From Cyanophora paradoxa CCMP329 (lineage: Eukaryota; Plantae; Glaucophyta), in NCBI GenBank assembly GCA_004431415.1, contig QPMI01000207.1, forward strand, positions 1 through 64,000: a stretch of 64,000 nt of DNA, in the 5' to 3' direction. Each line of letters opens with the position of its first letter. Positions within the stretch are counted from its first letter, which is position 1. Positions 13,280-23,650 of the stretch are shown here, one piece after another. A model generated the notes under the pieces. The model was not told where the DNA came from and did not search any database. It saw only the letters and a list, made by a program, of their open reading frames with translations. The position numbers and the translations under genes are program-made.

Positions 13280-15050
13280 AGTAGGAGAATAGGAGCATGA
13301 CGGCGAGGGAGGCGGCGAGGCTCTCCATCCGCGAGAAGAGGACGAGCAGCAGGCCCTCGAGCAGCAGCGCCCCCCACAGCAGCCGCAGCCGCCCTGCCGG
13401 CCCCCGCCTCGGCCCCCGGCGGGCAGCGGCGGGCGGGGGGCGCACCGCGGAGGCCGTCGCGACGGAAGGCGAGGTCGGAGAGGCGGCCGCCGGACCAGCG
13501 CGAGAAGAGGTTCTGCGGGGCGCCCGACGTCCCGCCCGGCCCCCCGCGCCCGAGGGGTGGGGCCGCCGGCGGGCGCACCATGAGGCCGAAGGCGGACGCG
13601 GCGGCCCCAGCGGTGATCTGAAAAACCAAAAATTTTCGCAATCAGTGCCCAAACTCGCTGAGATGCTCGGGGGGCGGGGCGCGGGGCGGGGCGGGGGCGC
13701 CTTGCTCATGGCGAAGCGGGTCTCGTAGAACTCTGCGAACTTGGAGTCGACCGTGAGCTCCACCCCGAAGCACGCCTGCTCGCGCCCCGCGTCGGCGCCC
13801 CGCGAGCGGCGGGCGGGGGTGCGGGGGCGGACGGCGTAGACGAGGGCGAAGACCCAGGTGCGGGGGTCGGCGGCGGCGGCGAGGGCGGCGGCGCGGGAGT
13901 CGACGCGGGTGCGGGCGCCGCGGCGCTCGAGGTCGCGGTAGTTGCCACGGGGCAGGTCCTGCGAGAGCGCCAGTACGGCCGCCCCCGCCGCGAAGGCCAG
14001 CGCCCCCGGCACGACCATCGCCAGCCGCCACTGCGCGCTCGGCCCGTACCCCAGCCCCTCAAACGACTGCATCAGCAGCGGCATCAGCAGCTGCGTCTGC
14101 ACGCGGCGCCGTTCGCGTGAGCGCCGGCGGGAGGGCGGGGGCGGGGGAGGCCGAGGGCAGGGGCGCACTGTGCCGCCGCCCATGTTGCCCCAGCCGGCGC
14201 TGAGCGCGTTGGCCTCTCCAGCGACGCTTCTGGAGAACATGAGGGACACTGGGGCGGCGCCGGGTGAGGCGACGCGGCGGCTCGCGGCGCTGGGCGCGCA
14301 CTGTGGAACTGCGTGGGCACGAAGGCGGCGCCGATGAAGGAGATGAAGAGGCGGACGAGGAGGAAGGAGGGATACGAGTGGACGAGGCCGGCGAGGGCCG
14401 TGGGGAGGGCCCCCGCGAGCATGACGGCGCCCTGGCCGAGCCGCGGGCCGTAGCGGTCGCAGACGACGCCCACCAGCAGCCGCGCCGCGATCGTCCCCGC
14501 CACCCCGACGCTGTTCGCGTCTGCCCCGGCCCGCCCCGCGGCCGCCCCGCTCGGATGCGCGCGGCGCGGGGTCGCGGGGCGGCGGCGGGCGGACCGGTCA
14601 TCTGGTCGGCCGTGAAGCCGAGGTCCGCCCGGATCGTGGTCGCCATCTGCGCCGCGGCGCCTGCGCCTCGCGCCCCGCCGGCGGCCGCGCTCGTGACGCG
14701 ATCAGCGTGCGCACCGCGGGGATCGCGAACCACGCGTTGAAGCACACGAAGAAGGCGAGCGTCTCCAGCCACAGCGCCCGCACTGCAGCCCCCTCGTTCG
14801 CCGCGGGCGGCGCCAAGCGGGGGAGGCGGCGCGGGAGGCGGCGGCGCGCGCACTGTGCGGCTTCGCAAAGGAGAGGACATTGAGCTTCGTCGCCTGCGAG
14901 GCGAGGATCAGGCGGGCAGCCGCGCCCCACACGCGCGTTCCCGGCGTCGCCACGGCCAGCCGCGCCCCACACGCGCCTTCCCGTCCGCGTCCGTCGGCAG
15001 CGCGAATGAAGGCGTTTCCTCGTCACGGCGCTTGCGCGAGCTCGAGATTG
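13280..15050 (-). pseudogene. NRT2: High-affinity nitrate transporter NRT2 family, apparently lacking a start ATG and the last TM helices
   Basis: LPTDADGK, SFAKPHMRA, CDRYGPR, GWGNMGGG, QDLPRGNY, CFGVELT, SGGRLSD; no nearby upstream ATG; homology ends at LLFSYW. Confidence 0.6.
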
Positions 15051-15145
15051 ACGTAGCCAGATCCAGAGATCCAGATCCGTAGCGCTCTGGCTGCAAGATC
15101 CAGAAAGGCACTCGTGGCGCGCCTTTCTCGTCCCACGTCTTCGCT

Positions 15146-15188
15146 AGTTGGACGAAAGTTGGACGAAAGTTGGACGAAAGTTGGACGA
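15146..15188 (+). repeat. 11-bp tandem repeat (AGTTGGACGAA) x~4
   Basis: Directly visible; about 170 bp upstream of the USP-Fanzor gene start. Confidence 0.95.
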
Positions 15189-15359
15189 TTCACGATTGCA
15201 GTACCCCTTCACGTCCGTAGAACGGACAGCTGCAGGGCCCTGCGCGAGCCGGCTACGCCGACCACGCCGGAAAACAGCGCTTCAGTGAGCCTCCCCGCGC
15301 ACTGCGCCTTTCAACCCCGCTCACGCCCCGCACGGCCAGCCTCCCGCGAACGACCAGGA

Positions 15360-18300
15360 ATGAACACGGTGCGCCGCACGAAAGCGCGCGTGCTGCGATA
15401 CAAACGAGCACGAGCCCCGCTAGCGCACGTATGCTAGCGCTTGCCTCGCCCCGCTCTCGCGCCATCTGGCCCGACGCCATCCCGGCTGCTTTCGCATTTG
15501 CCCGCTCGATCGACCGCGGTCGCCTCTTGCTTTCGCCTTTGCCTGGCTGACGTGCGCCCCCCCGCCCCCGGCGCCAGATCGGCCCCGCCGTCTGGGGTGC
15601 CGCCATCCTGGGGCCCCGCCTCGGGTTCATGAACGAGGGCAACGCGTGCTACGCCATCGCCGTGGTTCACTGCATCTCCACCATCCAGGCCATCGTCGCC
15701 GCCCTCGGCACAGAGAACTGGCAAGGCGGCGTCGCGGGACAGCTGCGGGAGCTCGTCTTGCAGGCGCGCGGGGCCGGGGGCGCGGCGCCCCTGGGGAGCT
15801 CGAACGCTCGCTAACGAGGCGCAGGTGTGCGAGGGGCGTCCCAACGGGGGAGGCGGCGTGCACTCGTGCCAGGAGCTCAAGCGAGCGGTGGCGGCCGCCG
15901 ATGCCGCATCCGACTCCCCGCCCAGAAGCCCGTGGAAATCGCCGTTCTGGGGCGCAACTCAGCAGGACGCGTACCTGTTCTTCGTGAAAATGTGCCAGGA
16001 GCTACCCAAAGCGGTAAAAGCCCGGCCCGCGCCCATCGCCTCCCCGGCGCCCCCGGCCCTCACGCCCGCGCACCGCCCGGGCAGGTCCAAGCAGCGTACA
16101 CGTTCGGCGTCCGACGGGACAGGAGGTGCGAACGATGCAAGTACACGTCCGCCGTCTTCGAGGAGCAGGGGGACATCCCCGGCGAACTCCCCCAGTCGAG
16201 CGGCGCCCCGACGCGCTCCAGCACCCTTGATCTCCTCCGTCGTTACTTCAAGGTGCGCAAGAGCGGAAACGCCGGCGCTGCCCCTCGCAAAAACGCCCCG
16301 GGCGCCGCAGGCGGACAAATTCGAGTGGACCTGCTGCTCTGGGTGCAAGCTGAAGACGGATGGGAAAGTGCTGACCCGGCTCGACGTCAGCACCCGCGAC
16401 GGGAAGGGGCAGCCCCGCGCGCCGCTGCCGCCCGCGCTGGTGGTGCACGTCGGACGCTGGACCCCCGGCAAGGACGCGCGGAAGCGCGACGACCCCGTCT
16501 ACCCCGACAAGCGCATCGACCTCACCAAGCTCGGGGAGAACGCCTTCTACCCGAACGTGCCCGAGCCCGGGAGCGCAACGTACACCCTCCGCGCCGTGCT
16601 GCGGCACCACGGCCTCACGCTGGACGGCGGGCACTACACGGTCCGCCCCCCCTACCCGCATAGAATGAGACATCGCGCCCGTCTCGTCGTCTCTCCCGCC
16701 TGCATCGACCCCCGCCCGCAGGTCGACGTGCTCTGGAACGGGAATTGGAGCCGGTGCAACGACAAGAGCGTCTCGCAGGCGAGGGGCCGCCCGCTGCGCC
16801 GTGCCCCGCGTGGAGCAGCGGGGGAGCGCCTCTCTCTTTATAAACCAGGCGACGGCGTCCGCAGGTGATGGAATCGGAGGTCCTCGGCGGAGGCGGCGAC
16901 GCGTACATGCTCTTCTACGAGAGAGAAGAGCACGTCGGCGGCGCGCCGGGTCCCTCGGCGTCGAGCCCCGGCCCCTCCCCGCCCGCGGTCGCTCCCGCGT
17001 CGCCATCCTACGCGGACGCGGTCCGGGGCCCGCGGGCGGCGGAGCCCGCCGCCGCCCCGGAGCAGGCGGCAGCCGGCCCGCCGGCTGCCCCAGCGCCGGC
17101 GCAGGCCGGCTCGCAGGCCGGCTCGCAGGCCGCCGCCCCGGCGCCGAAGCGGGGCAGGCCGGCTCCGGCCAAGGCGGCGGCGGCGGCGGCGGAGGAGGAG
17201 GAGGAGGCAGCGTCGGCGGCGGCGCAGGCCAGCTCGCAGGCCGCCGCCCCGGCGCCGAAGCGGGGCAGGCCGGCGAGCAAGGCCGATACGGCAGCGGCGG
17301 CGGAGGACGCGCCGCCGACGGAGTGGGCGGCGTGCGATCGGTGCACGAGGTGGCGGCGGCTACCCGCGGGGACGCACGTCGCGGGCGGAGCGCCGTTCTG
17401 CTGCACGGACCTCCGCGGGGTCACCTGCAAGACCCGGAGGACCGCTTGGACGACGACGAGGAGGATATCATCGCGGACAGCGCACAGGCCGCCGCCGCCC
17501 CGGAGGCTGCGACGCAGGCCAGCTCGCCGGCCGCCCCCGCCAGCCCCGCCGCCCCGAAGAAGCGGAGCCGGCGGAGCAAGGCGACGGGGGCCGCCGCTGC
17601 CCCGGAGCAGGCGGCAGCCGGCTCGCCGGCCGCCCCGGAGGCTGCGACGCAGGCCAGCTCGCCGGCCGCCCCCGCCAGCCCCGCCGCCCCGAAGAAGCGG
17701 AGCCAGCGGAGCAAGGCGACGGGGGCCGCCGCTGCCCCGGAGCAGGCGGCAGCCGGCTCGCCGGCCGCCCCGGAGGCTGCGACGCAGGCCAGCTCGCCGG
17801 CCGCCCCCGCCAGCCCCGCCGCCCCGAAGAAGCGGAGCCGGCGGAGCAAGGCGACGGGGGCCGCCGCCGCCCCGGAGCAGGCGGCGGCCGGCTTGCCGGC
17901 CGCCCCGGAGGCTGCGACGCAGGCCAGCTCGCCGGCCGCCCCCGCCGGCCCCGCCGCCCCGAAGAAGCGGAGGCGGCAGCAGGCGGCCGAGGCGACGGGG
18001 GCCGCCGCCTCCCCGGGCACGGGGCAGGACCCGGTTCGCGCCCCTCGCGCCCCCGCATGCGCTCCAGGCTGACATCTTGCCAGGTGGAGGGGTCCGAGGG
18101 CGAAAAGGTGGCGCACTCGGAGGGCTCTGGACAGGAGAAGGGTGGCGGACAGGAGCAGCAGCAGGAGAAGGAGAAGAAGGGGAAGCAGAGGTCGACGTTG
18201 GACCGCCACGACGCCCAGGCGAGGCCCCTCTCCCGCCCGCACCGCCCGCCCGCCCGCCCGCGCCTCCCAGACCAGCGCCGAACCCCCGCCGCGGCCGCGC

Positions 18301-21300
18301 AGAGAAAGGAGCACAGCCTGGCGCGCAAGAGGAAGAGCGAGAAGCAGAACACTAAGGAGGCTAGCACGCAGCGCACTCGCGCCCGTTGCGCCGCCCCGCA
18401 TCTCTTACCCCGCGCCCCGCGCAGAGAAAGGAGAAGGCGAAGAAGGGGGAGACCGCGAGGGCCGAGGCGAAGGCCGTGGACGCGGAGGCGACCCCCGCGG
18501 CGAAGAGTGAAGCGCCCGACCCGTCCCCGGCACCGACCCGCCCCGACAAGGCCTTGAGCGAGGTCCGGCACGCCCCGCACTCCCGCCCACCGCGCCGCGC
18601 GCCCCCCCTGCGCCGCCACGCTCACCCCCCTGCGCCGCCAGGAGGAGGAGGAGGTGCTGGGCAAGAAGGGGAGGGCTCGGATGCAGGCGGCGAAAGAGCA
18701 CCTGAAGCGGCGGAGGGAGGCAGCTGCAGCGGGCGAGGGGGCGGACGGCAAGGGCGAGGAGGGGCAGAGCGCCAAAAAGAAGAAGAAGAAGAACAAGAAG
18801 AAGAGCAACAACAAGAAGCCCCCGCAGCGCTGCGGCGGGTGCGGCGAGGCGTTCGCCGACGAGGACTACGCCGTGACCCCGAGCGGCCACCGGAGGCTGA
18901 AGATCGCGGAGGGCCACATCCTGCAGTGCGCGGCGGGCGGCGACGGCGAGGGCGACACCCACCACGCCCACCACGCCCGCTGCGCCAACCTCTGCGGCCG
19001 TTTCAAGGGCGTCCGGCGCGACGGCGACACCTGGACAGCCGTGTTCACGCGCGGGGACGGCGAGGCGTGTCCCCTCCCCCGTCCAGCCCCTCCCGCCACC
19101 CGCCCGCGCGCCGCCTGACCGCCGCCTCCCGCCCGTCAGACGGCGCGCGTCGCGGGCCTCCGCTCGGAGTGGGCGGCGGCCAGGGCCTTCGATCGCCTCG
19201 TCATCGCGGTGCACGGGCCGGAGAAGGCGCGGGACCTCACCAATTTCCCGCCGGAGCACTACAAGAGCCAGTGCTTCTTCCGGGGCCGGATCCCCGGCCG
19301 CGAGGAGCGGCCCGCCGCCTCGTGCTCCCTCGAGGCACGCCCTCCCTCACTCCCGCCCCTCCCTCCCTGCCCCTCCCTCACTCCCGCCCCTCCGCGCAGG
19401 AGATCGCGGAGGCCGTCGGGGCGTTCGGGCGGGCCGAGGACGAGGCGCTGGCCAAGTGCGAGGAGGACGAGCGGGCGGAGGCCGCGCGGCTGGCGGCGGC
19501 GAAGTCGCCGTCCTTCGAGGTGGACAAGGCGCGGCGCGCCCTGAAGAAGAAGAGGGAGGACGCGGCGCGCTTCGTGGCGATGCGCCTGCAGCACTTCGAG
19601 GACGCCATGGGCGCCTGGCCGTCGGGCAGGAAGAAGCGGGCGAGGCGGGAGGCGAGGACGCAGGCCAAGAAGGAGGGGATCCAGAAGTGCGCGGACGTCT
19701 GGGTCGAGAAGGCGGCGGCACGGCTGGCGGCGGCCGAGGCGAGGATGGCGGCGGCCGCGGCCGAGGCCGCGCCGGGGCCGGGCGGGCGGCGGGGCGGGCG
19801 GCGCAGCCCCTGGTACTGCCCCTGCCACCGCCTCGAGCCCGGCAAGGGCCCGCAGGCGGTCGCCGCCGACGTGGAGAAGACGCAGAAGCTGTGCGGCCCG
19901 ACCGACCCTCTGCGAGCGTCGCCCGCCGCCCCGCCGACGCCCGCCCCGCAGCGCGATCAAGGAGGGCGACGTGCTGCCCGCGCTCGTGACGGTGGCGGAG
20001 CGCACGGGCTTCGTCTGGGGGATGGCGGCAGCGGCGCGGAGGGGCACCCTCACCTTCTTCAACGAGAGAGTGAAGGAAGCCCTGAAATACGTGCGCGCTG
20101 CTTCTCGCTCTCGTCCCCCCGGGCTCATGCCCCTCGAGCCGTGCAAAGGCAGCATGGTCAAGGTGACCGAGCCCTCCCTTGTTGAGCCCTCGCAACCCCT
20201 GCCTCCGGGCTGACGAGCCTCGCGCCCCCCGCAGATATTCCCGCCGGAGGGCGGTCCCAAGTGCCGGCGCTGCACCCCCGAGGCGAAGTTCGCCAACATG
20301 CGGCAGCTCGCCGGGCACACGCGCCGCTGCGTGCGCGCCGCCCGCCCCTCCCACGCCGCTCACCTGCGGCTCCATCGGGGCCCCTTCGCCGTCTTACGCG
20401 CGCCCGTTCGTTCTCGGCACGGGGACCAGCACGAGGGCGCGGCGCTGGACTTCCCAGGGCCGTTCGCGTCCTCCCACCGCCTCCTCGCGAACCTGCCCTA
20501 CACCAACGAGATCCACGAGGTCCGAGATAGGGGCAAGATGCCGCCGCGGCCGGAGGGCGGCTACGCTGGAGCTAGCTTCATCATAGACGCCATCCTGAAA
20601 CAGCTGGATGGGCTGGGTGAGACCTCGCCCCCCCGACCCTGACCCTGGCGCGCGCGGAGGAGGGCGGCGGTGGCCTCGAGCTCACGGCCGGCGTGCAGCC
20701 CCCAGAGCGGAACAGGAGGGCGACCTCTACGACACCGCGAGGACGCGTGACGCGAAGACGCGGCGCACGGAGGACGGGGGCAAGGTCGCCCAAGCAGAGA
20801 CCACTGCAAGTCCCCTCAGCGCCCTCCCCACGCTCCGCTAGCCCGCGCCCCCACCGCCCCCGCCGACTCTGCTGCAGGAACTCTCCTGGTGGGCGTGCGA
20901 GAAGTGCGGCGAGGAGTGCCACACCAGGAGCGGGCTGAAGGCCCACAAGCCGGCTTGCCCCTCCAAGAAGAGCAAGGTGAGCCTTTCTTTTTTCTTGGGG
21001 GGGGGAGGGGGTGGGGGTGGGGAGGGGAGGGAGGGGAGGGGGTGGAGGGTGGGGGGTGGAGGGAGGGGGGGGGAGAGGGGAGGGGAGAGGGAGGGGGTGG
21101 GGCGGGAGGGGTGGGGGTGGGGGGGGGGGGGGGGAGGGGGGGGGGAGAGTTTTGTGGAGGGCCGCTCAGCCTAACCCCGCCCCTGCCATAACAGGGGAAG
21201 AGGGCAAGGGGCGACGACGAGGAGCAGGACGATGACGACGACGGCGGCAGCGGCGCCAACGAGGGAGAGGAGGCGAAGGAGGGAGCGCAGGCGCCCACGG

Positions 21301-22980
21301 CGTGCAGGAGGCGTTTCCTCCACACGGAGACGGAGGAGGAGAAGCAGAGTGTCAGGGACGCCGTCGAGGCAGCCGCGACCGCCTACAACGGGTACCGGTT
21401 CGTGACCTTGAGCTTCCGAAAGCAGGTGCGCGCGATCCTCGCAGCGCGGTGGTACGCGGCTCTGCCTTCGTCCGAGCGCGTCCTCTCGCGCAGATCCTGG
21501 ACCTCGTCCCCGCCCAGCGTCGGGCTGCCCTGCGCATCATCATCGCCAACAAGGAGAGCCCCCGGGACAAGAGCAAGACCGGCCTCCGCCTGGCGCTCGA
21601 GCAGATCCGCAGGGAGGTGCCCTCTGCCTCCCTGCCCGGGGGCGAACTGGGCGCGCCGCACGGCCGGCCGCCGACCCTGACCCGTGCCCTTCAGTTCGCG
21701 GAGGAGCGAGACAGGGAGAGGCGCAAGGAGGACCCCGGCTGTGGAAAGAAGACAGATGCCAGCGATGTGCTCAAAAGCAAGGTCCTCGACGCGATCGAGG
21801 AACAGCGCCCGACCAGCGTCGACGGGCTGATCGCCTGCAAAGTGCCCCGGGCCAAGGCCGCCAGCGCGTTCGGCAAGCGCCTGCTCGAATGCGTCAGCAG
21901 CCATGCAGCCGGAGCGCAGAGCAAGGCGCCGGCCCCCGTTCCCGCCACCCCGCCGGCTGCCCCGGCGCCTCCCGCCTCGCCCCCCGCCGGTACGTGCACC
22001 CCATTTATCACGCTCTGTACCCCCCGCAGAATCCCTCCCGACCCCTCCCGAGCAGGCGGGGCGGGGAAGAAGGCGGGGGGCGCGCGGGGGCCGACGGGCA
22101 AGAAGGCGAAGGGGACGTCGCAGAGAACGTCGCAGGGGACGACCCGGCCGCCGGCGCGGACGGCGCGCCGCCCCCCGGCGCCCCCGCCGCTGCCGGTGGA
22201 GGAGATGCGCAAGATGCGCGATGCGTACATCCGCACGCTGCCCCCCGGGCAGTGGGATCGCTCCATGAAGGCGGACTCCGCCATAAGGGGCATCGCGCTG
22301 GACGACTATCTGGCCGCGCTCCAGCGGCAGTTCGAGCGGCACAAGCCCGTCGCCCAACTCAGGTGACGTGGGGGGCGCGTTGCTCAGGGGCGCCCGTCGG
22401 CCTCCTGGACGTGACCCTCGCGCGTTTTCGCAGCCCCCGCAACTGGCACACCCGCGAGCGGATGTCCGCCGGCGTGAGCGGGTTCACCTACAACCAACCC
22501 AACAGCGCGTTCTGGAAGGACTTCAAGAAGATGTGGACGCACGAGGGGAAGATGCCGGACAAGATCGACCACGACTCGCGGCTCGTCCTCGAGCGCAGCG
22601 GCAGGGCCTGGTGCGGTCACGAGGGCGCAGGCCGCGCATCCCTGACCGCTGAGAGCCCCCGCAGGTTCTGCGAGCCGTGCGCGCCGAAGGAGACCCGCGC
22701 AGCGAAGCGGGGCGGCGCCGCCGGCTACGCGCGGGCCACGGCCAAGGAGATCAAGCTGCGCGGCGGCCGCCTGATCGCGCTCGACCCCGGGCGCGGCGCG
22801 ATGCGGCTCCACCTTACGCACCTTCGGGAGCGGGGGAGGCCCCCCGGTACCGGTCTCCCGGTCCGGGGCCCGTGGGGGTTCCGGCCCCCTCGGGCAGCAT
22901 TCCTCTCCCTTAGGGCCAGTCCGTGGCGGGAACGGGCGAGCCTCCGGGCACGGCCCGCACCTCTGATCTTTCGATCTTAA
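15360..22980 (+). CDS. Multidomain fusion: USP deubiquitinase - AT-hooks - CW zinc finger - repeats - AP2 - zinc fingers - TnpB/Fanzor2-like N-terminal half (HRDC-like insert, ends after RuvC-I)
   Basis: About 20 GT/GC-AG introns join one frame, with one 1-nt break near 17433. USP: GFMNEGNACY, QQDAYLF, GGHYT, WSRCND, AYMLFYER. CW: WAACDRCTRWRRLP. AP2: FKGVRRDGDTWTAVF..AARAFDRLVIAVHG..TNFP. TnpB-like: RRFLHTETEEEKQSVRDAVEAAATAYN, IRGIALDDYLAALQRQF, KIDHDSRLVLERSGRAWFCEP, RLIALDPG. Confidence 0.8.
17494..18010 (+). repeat. Coding tandem repeat, 135 bp (45 aa) x~3.8
   Basis: GAGGCT recurs at 17503, 17638, 17773 and 17908; unit PEAATQASSPAAPASPAAPKKRSRRSKATGAAAAPEQAAAGSPAA. Confidence 0.95.
20998..21148 (+). 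repeat. Intronic poly-G/purine tract (G-quadruplex-prone)
   Basis: About 150 nt of almost pure G runs inside intron 20977-21193. Confidence 0.85.
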
Positions 22981-22990
22981 GCCCGTAGGG
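22800..22990 (+). ncRNA. Candidate Fanzor omega-RNA scaffold / element right end
   Basis: Successive hairpins (22807-22838 with UUCG loop, 22838-22870, 22869-22894, 22926-22958) directly after the RuvC-I codons, where TnpB/Fanzor guide scaffolds lie. Confidence 0.4.
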
Positions 22991-23650
22991 TAAGTAGACC
23001 TAGGTTTCGATCTCGAGCTTCGGCATTCGATTTCGATTTTCGACGTCGCTTGCCTATCTGTCTGAGCCCTTACGATTCGACCGGCGGCCCACTGCTAGCC
23101 AAACAGCTACTAGGGCTAGTCCAGATGTCGTTGGTCGTGTCTGAAATGCAAGTCCGGCGTCGGTGTTTCCACGATGCCATCCAGGTGACACCTTTAGCCG
23201 GGCTTGCAGCGGCAATCTGCTCGCAGCTCTCCAGATCGTCGACGTCATCCGTCAACGTCGGAAGGTCGAACACTGTTGAGCTGTTGGTCATTTGACGGCT
23301 GAGCTGCCTGTCGCTGCTGCTGAAGCTCGCGGGACGTAGCGGCTCTAGCCACGCTTGGTTCGTACGCACGTTCTAACAGGGCCGGTTCTAGATGCTGGGT
23401 TCGGAACGATGCATTGTGCAAGCGCATTAACTTTAACTAATTTAACTAACTTTAAGCCATCAGAACACCTGTCCGAAGGCGGGCTCGAGCAGACCGTACC
23501 CCAACAAGCTTCAATCCTTTACCCCAGCTTCAGAAAAAAGTGCGAAACAACCGAGCTTCCGGAGGAGCAAGCAGCCGCCGCAGCTGTAGGCTGTAGGCTG
23601 TAGGCCGAAGCAGCTAAAGCCCAGAGCCAGCTCGCCGGGCCGGCGCCCGG

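Noticed and set aside
17425-17440. Frameshift after the CW finger (similar ones near 1060-1220, 1810, 1985) as programmed frameshifting or pseudogenisation
   Set aside because: Single-base changes in or near C/G runs restore conserved motifs; likely assembly errors, though reads are needed to confirm.
22595-22664. Possible GG-AG non-canonical intron
   Set aside because: A GT donor a few bases downstream (TG|GTGCGG) gives the right phase.
15100-23050. Classical TIR/LTR transposon boundaries around the fusion gene
   Set aside because: No clear long terminal inverted or direct repeats, and no DDE transposase or reverse transcriptase seen.
23040-23430. Downstream continuation of the Fanzor RuvC domain
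   Set aside because: No RuvC-II/III or zinc-finger motifs in the frames inspected.
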